Source: Vicinamibacteria bacterium (GTDB taxonomy: Bacteria; Acidobacteriota; Vicinamibacteria; Fen-336). Taken from it: a stretch of DNA of 64,000 nucleotides. The notes beneath the pieces were generated by a model. That model was not told the origin of the DNA and ran no database searches. It worked only from the letters and a program-made list of their open reading frames with translations. The stretch is taken from contig JAFGSN010000194.1 in the NCBI GenBank assembly GCA_016934575.1, positions 411 to 64,410 on the forward strand, in the 5' to 3' direction. The translations under genes and the position numbers were made by a program. The stretch's first letter is position 1. Every line of letters starts with the position of its first letter. Positions 30,130 through 39,000 of this stretch are shown one piece after another.

Positions 30130-31752
30130 TCACCTTGACGACACGGCCTGCTTGTACGCGTCCCGGATACGTTCCAGGTAGCCGCCCGACTTGTGGTACG
30201 CGGCGCTGTCCTCAGGCTTCGGATCGACACGCCTGCCGCGGGGCAGAGCGGCTTTGCTGAGCGCCTCCGCGTCGACGGCGGCGTCCTTGGCTTTCAGGAG
30301 CGCGACCGCCGCCGACACGGCGCTGCCTAGGGCGGCGCCGACATGGCCGATGGCGACGACCGGACGGTTCCAGATGGCGCTGATCCTGCGCATGATCTGA
30401 TCGCTGGCCGTGGCGCCTCCGGTCGCGAACAGGGGGAGCTTCGACTCGGGAGCGAAGGCGCGCGAGGTCAGATAGACCGCGGCCAGCGAGAAGTCGATGA
30501 TGCCGCCGTAATCGCTGTTCAGATCGGCCGACTTGTAACCGATACGGATCAGATCGAACGCCGGCGATACGGGGAAGGATTCGTTATCGGGTTGCCACAT
30601 GAACACGGTCGTTCCCGGGTTGTGCCTGGCGAGGGCGGATTCGCCCGGCGCGTAGTCCGACTTGGCGATGCCGTGCAGCGCGCGGACCCGGTCCCAGACC
30701 ATGGCGCCGTTCGTCCGGCATCCGAACGTGAACGGGCGGCCGATTCCATCGTACATCGCGTTGGCGAAGCCCTCGTTGTCCATGGTCTTGCCGTCGGTGG
30801 AAACCATGTTGACGAACGACGTTCCGAGGCTCAGAAGGTCGCTCTCAATCAGCACCTTGGTCTGAGGATTGTCGCCCGATCCTGCCGCTATCAGACAGTC
30901 CGGCGAGAGTCCGTACTTGGTCGTGAAGTACGGGCACAGCCGGCCGACGGCGCTGTCCGGCGGGACGAGCCCGGGGAGCTTGTCTTTGAGGGCGTTTGCG
31001 CCGCCGGGCAACCCCGCGGCCGCGGCGTCGATCAGAGTCTGCGACCAGGCCTTGGAACGATAGTCCATGAGCGAGGTTCCGCAGCCGTTGCCGAAGTCCC
31101 AGGGAACGCCGGGATCGGCGCAGAGCACGGCCGGAATGAAGCTGCTGATCAGTTGCACCTTCCACGTGTCCCGATAAGTGGCGGGAAACTGCTGGCCGAC
31201 GCGCCGCATGACGGCGCCGGTGAATCTGAGAGGCGAATCCGAGCCCGAGATTTCGATCATGGCCTTCTTGCCGCCGGCGCCTTGGCGCAGAGCGGCGGCC
31301 TGATCGGAGGTGTTTGAAGTTTTCCAGATCGGAGCGGCGCCGTATGAAAAGGCGTCGCCCAGAAGGGCGACAAGATCGGAATCGGCCGAGCTTTTCTCTT
31401 TCAGGGACGCGAACAAGGCCGGAGCGCGACCGTTCAGATATACATGGCCGTGTTGTTGGCCCGACACGTTGATGGCCGCGACCGAAGACAGATCGACGCC
31501 CTCGGTTTTCCAGTCGGCCAGGAGCGCGTCGAGCGACGCCAGAAACATCCGCGGAGGCTGATCGGCTTCGCCGGGCACCCGCGGCGGGACGATGTAATCG
31601 CTGAAACTGATGCCAAAACGGTTGAGACGCTTGTCCACGGCATAGTCGAGGCTTTTCTGCCACAAGATCTCGCCGGAGTCGACGTCGATGATCACGCCCG
31701 TCAGGCTCTGGGTGCTGGAATCGAGACCCATGGAGTAACGCTTGACGCTCAT
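30130..31752 (-). CDS. FGGY-family sugar kinase (eukaryotic-type xylulokinase-like)
   Basis: N-terminal MGLDSSTQS resembles the xylulokinase LGxDxSTQ motif; FGGY N- and C-domains. The last gene of the operon; 46 nt after the GT87-like gene. Confidence 0.8.
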   Translation of the reverse strand: MSVKRYSMGLDSSTQSLTGVIIDVDSGEILWQKSLDYAVDKRLNRFGISFSDYIVPPRVPGEADQPPRMFLASLDALLADWKTEGVDLSSVAAINVSGQQHGHVYLNGRAPALFASLKEKSSADSDLVALLGDAFSYGAAPIWKTSNTSDQAAALRQGAGGKKAMIEISGSDSPLRFTGAVMRRVGQQFPATYRDTWKVQLISSFIPAVLCADPGVPWDFGNGCGTSLMDYRSKAWSQTLIDAAAAGLPGGANALKDKLPGLVPPDSAVGRLCPYFTTKYGLSPDCLIAAGSGDNPQTKVLIESDLLSLGTSFVNMVSTDGKTMDNEGFANAMYDGIGRPFTFGCRTNGAMVWDRVRALHGIAKSDYAPGESALARHNPGTTVFMWQPDNESFPVSPAFDLIRIGYKSADLNSDYGGIIDFSLAAVYLTSRAFAPESKLPLFATGGATASDQIMRRISAIWNRPVVAIGHVGAALGSAVSAAVALLKAKDAAVDAEALSKAALPRGRRVDPKPEDSAAYHKSGGYLERIRDAYKQAVSSR

Positions 31753-31798
31753 TCTATGTTCCCCTTTTTCTTACAGTCTTCATTGACGCGCAATACTA

Positions 31799-33229
31799 TC
31801 ACGCCGCGGAGCCCGCGTCGGCGGGTTCGTGCTCGGGAAACGTCTGGTTGGCCTCGATCCGTCGGCGCTCGCTTTCTGTCGTTGGCCGGACTCGCAGCAG
31901 CATGAGCAGCGAGAGGAGCATGACGATCTCGGCGGCGACGAATTGCCACGTGGCATACGGTCCGCCGAAAGGCGCGATCAGGGCCCAGGAGTGACGGTCG
32001 GGAAGGGCGGCAAGGAGAAGTCCCAGGGCGCAGCCGGCGAGGGCGATGGATTCGCGCCTGCCGGAAAGGCGCGGGAAGAGCCCGAGAATCAGCACGGCCA
32101 GCGGAAGGAGCCATACGAGGTTCATGACCCAGGTGAGCGGCCCGGCGAGAAGGACGGCGGTCATGGCACACAGCCAGTACGTTGTTTCTTGAAAACGGCT
32201 CAGATCGTCTCTGCGACGACGGACGGCGATTCCGGCGACAAGGCCGGCGAGGCCGATGATGACGAGCGAGATCGTCGACGTCGCGCGATGCTCGCCGATC
32301 CGCGTGCGCGGCCGGGCCAGCCGGGCCGCCACGATCCGGGCCAGCGAGGCGTTGGCCACGATCTCGAACGACGATTCGCGATAAGCGCGGCCGTCCTTGA
32401 TCACGCGGCCTTCGGGAGCGCCGGAGCGCAGACGCGCGAGCGTCGCGCCATCGAGCAGCATTTCCGACGTGCCCCGCTCGCCGAATCGCGTGATGCGTGG
32501 AAGCTCCCGGAGAACGTATTCACGAACGGCAGTCGGGCCGTTCACGGCCAGCGCCGTCAGGAGCAGGACGAACGCGCCCAGGACGTATCCCGTGAGAACG
32601 CGCCATTTCCGGCGGATGAGCAGGAAGAGCGCCAGATAGCAGACGTTGAGCTTGAGCAGCGTCGCGGCGGCCAGAATCGCGCCGGAAGCCGGACCTCCTT
32701 TGCGGCCCCGGATCAACGGCGTGACGCCGAGGCTGACCAGGAGGAGCGTGACCGCGTCGATCTGGCCGGTCTCGAGGTGCGCGAGCAGCGGATGAAAGAG
32801 AGCGATTAAGGCGGCCAGAGCGCAAGTCGCGCGGCGATCGAGAGTCAGGCCGAGAGCGCGGACAAAGAGCCACACCGAGAGGCCGAGGCACGTCAGGCCG
32901 AAGAGCATCCACAGCCGTTTCGCCGCCGCATACGGCAGAAACGCCAGCGGCTTGAAGAGCGACGCCACGAGCGGCGGATAGAGGAAGCGGCTGTGACGAT
33001 AGGCGTCGATTCCGTCCCAGATCGGAGGGACGTGGTCCGCGTGCGTGCGATAGGGCGACAGGCCGTGCTGGAGTGCCTCGCCCGCGGTGTAGAACGCGGC
33101 GAAGTCGCGTTGTAGGCTCTCGTGGCCGAAGCGCGCCGTGAAGCCGGCGAGACGCGCCAGCGCGAGCACGCAGATGACGCCGATGAGCGCGTTCCAGAAA
33201 ACGAGGCGCGTTTCCCCCGGGCCGTTCAT
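31799..33229 (-). CDS. DUF2029/GT87-like polytopic GT-C glycosyltransferase
   Basis: About 12 predicted TM helices. The internal start MNGPGE at 33229 overlaps the SGNH stop (ATGA). The N-terminal Arg-rich part of the long ORF is unlikely to be coding. Confidence 0.55.
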   Translation of the reverse strand: MNGPGETRLVFWNALIGVICVLALARLAGFTARFGHESLQRDFAAFYTAGEALQHGLSPYRTHADHVPPIWDGIDAYRHSRFLYPPLVASLFKPLAFLPYAAAKRLWMLFGLTCLGLSVWLFVRALGLTLDRRATCALAALIALFHPLLAHLETGQIDAVTLLLVSLGVTPLIRGRKGGPASGAILAAATLLKLNVCYLALFLLIRRKWRVLTGYVLGAFVLLLTALAVNGPTAVREYVLRELPRITRFGERGTSEMLLDGATLARLRSGAPEGRVIKDGRAYRESSFEIVANASLARIVAARLARPRTRIGEHRATSTISLVIIGLAGLVAGIAVRRRRDDLSRFQETTYWLCAMTAVLLAGPLTWVMNLVWLLPLAVLILGLFPRLSGRRESIALAGCALGLLLAALPDRHSWALIAPFGGPYATWQFVAAEIVMLLSLLMLLRVRPTTESERRRIEANQTFPEHEPADAGSAA

Positions 33230-34347
33230 GGCTTTTCCCGTTCCATCATGACACGCACGACCGGCGCCAGGCTTTCGGCCGCGAGCCGGTGGGCGGTCTC
33301 GTTGGGATGCATGTCGATGGGATGGACCCAGAGCGAGCGCGTGGGCCGGCCGCGGAGCGCGGATCGCAGGTCGTGATGAGGCACGCCGGCGGAGAGGCAC
33401 ATGCGGGCGACGGCGTCCGCGACGTCCTCGAAGGGATAGACGCCGTCGAGTCCGACGAGCAACGGCCATGACGCGACGAGCAAACGGCCGCCGCGCGCCC
33501 GGATCCGGCGGTTCATCTCGCGAACGTGCTCTTCAGTTCGGCGCCGGCCCTCTTCGTTGGCCGCGCCCCACATTTCCTTGTACCAGCGCGTCGTTTCCCT
33601 GCCGACGCGGCACGATTCGACGCGGTCGCTCAAGAGCGCGGCCAGGCGCGAGTCGAGAAGGCCGAGGCGCTCTTCGGGCCGGCCGATGAGCATGCGCCCG
33701 CGATTCATTATCCAGTCGTTCACGTAGCTCTGGCGCACCTCGAACGACGCCGCGCGCGCGGCGTCGTTCGGAACCAGCGCGTAGACGAGAACATCCGCCT
33801 CGAGGAGCTCGGCTTCCTCGAAAACCTTCATGAGTCGCGGAAAATCCGTGGCGCGCCTCCCGCAGTTGAGCACCTCGCAGCGGCGGCGCATGGCGGCGTT
33901 CAACAGGCGTTCGAGCACGCGCGGATAGGCGTCCTCTTCCTTGACTCCCTGGCCTTCGGTGAACGAGTCCCCGAGCACCACGACGCGCCGCGCATCGCTT
34001 CGCTTCGGATCGGGCTCCGGCCCCCTGAATCCGAGCGTGTTGTAGCGGAACTCGACGGCCCAGGGAGCGCGATGGGAAACGACGTCGTAGCGGCGCGGCG
34101 CAAGGCCGAGATAGCGGGCGCGGGCTTCCGGACGGCGGAGATCGACGTCGAAGTATCCGCGCGGATTCGTCGGGTAGCAGTCGAGGAGCAGGCGCCCGTC
34201 GGAGCTGCGCAGAAACGCCATGCTCTTGTACGTCTCGGGCGCGTATCCGCGAGCGCGCAACGCGATCTCGAACAGGACGAGACAGGCCGTCACCGACGCG
34301 GCGAGCAGAGCCAGGCGAGCGAGGATTTCCCGCGATCTTCCGCTCAT
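33226..34347 (-). CDS. Membrane-anchored SGNH/GDSL hydrolase
   Basis: N-terminal TM anchor; block I VVVLGDSFTEG; block V DMHPNETAH. It is the C-terminal 373 aa of the artefactual 984-aa ORF 33226..36180. Its ATG overlaps the upstream stop (ATGA). Confidence 0.75.
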   Translation of the reverse strand: MSGRSREILARLALLAASVTACLVLFEIALRARGYAPETYKSMAFLRSSDGRLLLDCYPTNPRGYFDVDLRRPEARARYLGLAPRRYDVVSHRAPWAVEFRYNTLGFRGPEPDPKRSDARRVVVLGDSFTEGQGVKEEDAYPRVLERLLNAAMRRRCEVLNCGRRATDFPRLMKVFEEAELLEADVLVYALVPNDAARAASFEVRQSYVNDWIMNRGRMLIGRPEERLGLLDSRLAALLSDRVESCRVGRETTRWYKEMWGAANEEGRRRTEEHVREMNRRIRARGGRLLVASWPLLVGLDGVYPFEDVADAVARMCLSAGVPHHDLRSALRGRPTRSLWVHPIDMHPNETAHRLAAESLAPVVRVMMEREKP

Positions 34348-36092
34348 GGGATCGAGTACGAGAAGTTGACGCGATAGACGGAGATCGTGTGGCCGATCAC
34401 GGCCAGCGGTCGTCGGGCGCGGAAACGTTCCATCAGCGGTTGCGCCTCGGGAGGAACGTACAGACCCTGCAATGTCGTCGCGCTGATCGCCACGTAGTCT
34501 CCCGGACGCACGTCTCGGATCTCGCGCGGCCGGCGCGGGTAGCTCGGAAGGAACACGGCGTCGATGCCGTAGGCGTCGGGCTCCGCCGTTCCAAAGTAGG
34601 AGAATTTGATCCGCCGGATCCCGCGCGCGCGGAGAAAGTCGCGTAGGCCGGGCAGGTCCTGTCCCCAATCGAGGTTGGAATCGACAAGGAGCCTGTGCCC
34701 TTTTTCCGGCCCGCCGGCCAGCTCGTTGAAGTACGCCAGATAATGGGGATGCGCGCGCAGCGTGCTGGCGGCGTGCCACGCGAGCAGGGCGACCGCGACC
34801 CATCGCGCGCGTCGATTGCGGCAGGACAGGGTCCAGCCGCATGCGCGGCCGGCCGCCACGATGAGGAAGGGCAGGACCGGAAGCACGTGGCGGTGGCCGA
34901 TGTTGATCGAACGCGACATGCTGATCAGCAGGTAGATGACGGGCGGCCACCACAAAAACCATTCGGCCCGCGCCGACCTCGGGCGCCTGAGAGCCAGCGG
35001 CACGGCCGCGAGCGCCAGCGTGAGAAGCGGCAGCGGAGTCTTGAAGAGCAGCGTCAAGGGAAAGTAGTACCACCATCCCGTTTCCGAGGTCCTGCCCATG
35101 AGGAACGCCGGCCGCGTCCGGGTATGGGCCATGAAACGTTGGAATCCGTAAAGGTAGGCTTCGGGCAGAAGGCTCAAGCGCTCGGCAACGCGGAATCCGC
35201 CCGCGACGACGCGGTTCTCGGGGACGACCAGCGAGCGATCGAAAGACGCGTTGACGGCGGGTTCGGCTGCCGTGGGCGAGTTGAATCCGTAAGACGCCCA
35301 GATGACGGCGGCGGAGACGATCGCGGCAAAGACGGCGAGGGCGATGACGACGAGAATCCGCGCGAAGCGCGTTTTCACGATGACTGCCGCGGAAGATCCG
35401 AGACGAAAGCCGGCGACGGGGAGCGGCGCGTTCGATAGCGCCAGTCGGAGCGCGGGAACGCCGGCCAGGCCGACGAGCGCCGCTCCCGAGAACTTCGTGG
35501 CGAACGCGCATCCCGAGACGAGCGCGGCCAGCGCGAGACGAGACCAGGTCACGCGCTCGAAGACGCGCTCCCAGGCGGCGACGGACCCGAAAAGGAAGAG
35601 ACTGACGGCGAGATCGTTGGTGACGAGGCTCCCGTGCGCCAACAGGCTCGGGCTGAACGCGAAGAGCCAGAGGCCGCAGAGACCGGATGTCGTCCCGAAG
35701 TGGCGGCGTGTCCACAAGAAGATGGAGAGACCCAGCAGGCAGCCGAGTCCGACGACGACCAGGCGGCCCCTGAGGAGCAACGCGCCGGCGTCGTTCCAGC
35801 GATAGAGAAAGCGCCGTCCGAACTCCCAGGGGTGATGCTCTCGCCATGCGACGTCGTCGAGACGGTAATGGACGTTCATGAACAGCAGCGGCCAGGCGGC
35901 CAGGCGTCGGAGAAAGGGCGGATGATCGGGATTCAAGCGATGGTCGGCCAGGGTCAGGCTCATGTATCCGGGCGGCAGGTGAATGACCTCGTCGTATGTC
36001 CCGGACATGCGCATGAGGCTCGATATCGCCAGACTGGCATAGATCGCCAGGCACGCGCATGCCGCCGCCGCGACGAGCAGCCGCCGTTTCAT
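34344..36092 (-). CDS. ArnT/PMT-family (GT39/GT83-like, COG1807) polyprenyl-phosphate-sugar-dependent GT-C glycosyltransferase
   Basis: 582 aa with about 11 TM helices. The loop-1 acidic motif GTYDEVIHLPPGY (the PMT/ArnT 'DE' motif) is present. The start overlaps the S8 gene stop (ATGA). Confidence 0.72.
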   Translation of the reverse strand: MKRRLLVAAAACACLAIYASLAISSLMRMSGTYDEVIHLPPGYMSLTLADHRLNPDHPPFLRRLAAWPLLFMNVHYRLDDVAWREHHPWEFGRRFLYRWNDAGALLLRGRLVVVGLGCLLGLSIFLWTRRHFGTTSGLCGLWLFAFSPSLLAHGSLVTNDLAVSLFLFGSVAAWERVFERVTWSRLALAALVSGCAFATKFSGAALVGLAGVPALRLALSNAPLPVAGFRLGSSAAVIVKTRFARILVVIALAVFAAIVSAAVIWASYGFNSPTAAEPAVNASFDRSLVVPENRVVAGGFRVAERLSLLPEAYLYGFQRFMAHTRTRPAFLMGRTSETGWWYYFPLTLLFKTPLPLLTLALAAVPLALRRPRSARAEWFLWWPPVIYLLISMSRSINIGHRHVLPVLPFLIVAAGRACGWTLSCRNRRARWVAVALLAWHAASTLRAHPHYLAYFNELAGGPEKGHRLLVDSNLDWGQDLPGLRDFLRARGIRRIKFSYFGTAEPDAYGIDAVFLPSYPRRPREIRDVRPGDYVAISATTLQGLYVPPEAQPLMERFRARRPLAVIGHTISVYRVNFSYSIP

Positions 36093-39000
36093 CGCGTTGC
36101 TCGCGATCCGCGCGAATCGCTCTCGATGCCGCCGGAAGAACGCTCGGGAAGAACGGCGAACACGAGATCGTCGCGTTCATCGAGATCGCCCGGCGTACAG
36201 GGACCCGGATCGTCGCTCAAGCGGAGCTGAGCGCGCACGGCCTGCAGCGCGCCGCGCGGCAGAACGAAAGCGGCGTTGAGCGTCTGCGCGCCGGCGTGAC
36301 TTGGGCGAAGCGTTTCGATCCATTCCCAGTCGGGAGCCGCGGCGTCTCTGGCGTGAAAAACGTCGACTTTCGCGGATTCGAACTCAGGGGCCGCCCAGAC
36401 GGTCACCTCGACGCGCACCGTCGCTCCCGGCGAGAAGACGGCGCCGGAAGCGGAGGAGATGCGGATGCGATCCACCGACGCGTCGATGTGGTGCGTTCCC
36501 GCCGCGCCGTCCTCGCAGGCGCCGTCCAACGTGTTGGGAGCGTTGATCTCGGGCCCGAGCGGGCCGCGGCCCCACAAGAGCGTCGCGGAGTCGCACGCGC
36601 GGCGCGGTTTGGCGCACATGGGAACGCGCAAAACGGCGTTATAGCGCGCGCGACTGTTGAAGGTCGAGATCGTCATGATCCGGGACGCGCCGACGTTGCC
36701 GGCGGCGTCGTGGGCGCGCGCTTCGAGAAGATGCTCGCCGTCCACCTCGAGAGTCGTGTCCCATTCGTATGCGTAGGGCGGAACGATGTCAGCGTGGCGC
36801 ATCAGGCCGTCCACGTGGAATTCCACGCGATCCAGACGCGTGTCGTCCGAGGCCGAGGCCGCGACAAGAACCTGGCCGGAGACCGACGAATCCGCGGCGG
36901 GCGAGACAAGCGACACGACGGGCGGCGCGGGGTCTTTCATCCGCGGCAAGGCGCGAGTCAGAACGAGCGGATTTCCCGGAGACGCCGCGTCGAGCGGCCA
37001 GAGTGGCGTTCCGCCATGAATCGGCGTTTCCGTGCGCAGCGCCGTCAAGACGCCGCTTTCAAGCCGGCCGAGATCGCCGTCTCGGCTCACCAGCGGGTAG
37101 TGAACGGCGAGATCGAGCCGGCCGTCGCCGTCGAGATCGCCGGGAACGATCACGGCGGCGGGCGCGTAGAGCGGACGTTCATTCGCGCCATGAAGCCGCC
37201 AGGATCGCGTCGTCGTGCCGTCTCTTCGCATCGCGAGAAGAAGCGCCGCCGGACGACGTAAAGGCGCCTCGCGCTCGTCTTTCGCTAGACGCAGTATGTT
37301 CTCGACGGCGATCATGCCGTCCGCGTCCCGGCGCGTCTCACGCGCGCGACGGCGACTGTCGCCGTGGACGCCGGGCGAGGAACGACGGCGTTCGTCGGGA
37401 TATGACGCGGCCGGCGTTTCGGCGACCACGAGAATCTCGGGGTAGCCGTCGCCGTCCACGTCGGCGAGGGCCGGCGCGCCGAACCCTTCCTCGCCCGGAA
37501 AAGTCTTCGGCCACGTCCGTGAAAACGACGATCCATCCGTCCGGAGCACGTGCAAGGCAGGGCCGTCGGCGGCGACGATCTCCAATCGGCCGTCAAGATC
37601 GAGATCGCCCAGCGCGAAGGAGAAATCATGTCGATACGACAGAACCAGGGGCCAGCCGGGCAACATGGATCCGTCGGCGGCCAGAACCGCGAGGATTTTC
37701 CGTCCTTCAACCACGGCCATTAGAACGATCTCCAGACGCCCGTCTCCAATGATATCGGCCGCCGCGATCTGTCGCGGCACGCCCTCGAATGCCGGCGCGC
37801 GCCAGGCCACGGTTTCGCCGTCGCTGTTGTAGAGCCGCAAGCGAAAGAACGAAGGCGTCGAGCCCTCGACGATCAGGATCTCCTTTCGGCCGTCCCCGTC
37901 GAAATCGGCGGCGAGCACGCGTGGCGCGGGAGAGTGCGACAGCGAGTCGTTATGATCCGCGATCGAGATCGGGAAGCGGCCGGCGATCGGCGCGCCTCCA
38001 AGGCGCCAGGCATGGAGATGGGCCATGCGCGCCCCATGATCGCTCCCCAACGCCAGAAGCTCGGTCTGGCCGTATCCGTCAAGATCTTCGAGCACGGGCA
38101 ACGCCATCTGGAAATTGATCGCAATGGCGGACGCGAGGAACACGCTCCGGCCGTCGCCGCGCACGATGCGTAATCGATGGGCGTCGGTCGCGATCGTCTC
38201 GTCGCCGGCGCACGGATCAAAATCTCCGACCGCGGGCCGAAGAAAGGCGGCGCGGGCGAGGTCCAGGGAAACGGGCGGCGCCGAATGGAACGGTAAGAAA
38301 TGAAGCCTCGCGGGCAGATCGTGGCGCGGCGTGTCGATCGTCGCCAGAACGACGCGCGGCTCGCCGCCGGCGTCTTTGACGATCGCCATGCCTCCGTGCG
38401 CCGCCGGCGCGGCGTTCAGCCGGCGCGGCTCACGGTCAAAAAGAAGATCAGGCTCGACGTAGACGACGATCGTCTCCTCGCTCGTGAATCGCTCGTTATG
38501 CGCCCTGAGCCTCAGGCTGTAGTAGTCCGCCTGCTCGACTTGCGGCACGTCCCAGTGCGCGAGTCGGGCGTTCTCCGTCTCGCGCCGCCCTTCGCCCGCG
38601 AGCGTTACGCCCAGCGAAGACCAGTCGCCCGTCGGCCGCGTCCCCCGCGTCCATGTCAGGTCGTAACCGTGGAAGGACGGTCCGGTGGCGGTGCCCCTGA
38701 TGGGAACGCGGCCGCCGGCGCGGAGCACCGGCGTCGCGCTCAGCCGCCGCGCCGGCGGCGGCGCCGTGATCGCGACGTAGTCGACCCGAACGCAGACCTG
38801 ATCGGCGAACGTTCTTCCCGCGTCGTCAAAGGCCGACAGCCGAAGCGTGTAATCGCCGTCGGGCAGCGCGCGCGCATCGAAGACGCCGAGCGCTCCGCCT
38901 TTGGCCGTTTGCGAGCTTTCGTGAAGAAGACGCCAGGAGCGCGGGCGCGAACCGCGGCCGTACTCCAGGACATAACGCCGGAACCCGGGGCCCGCGGCCA

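Noticed and set aside
33226-36180. 984-aa minus-strand ORF
   Set aside because: It is a frame artefact. Only its C-terminal 373 aa (33226-34347) is the real SGNH hydrolase. The rest overlaps the genuine ArnT/PMT-like gene (34344-36092) in another frame and translates to Arg/Pro-rich junk.
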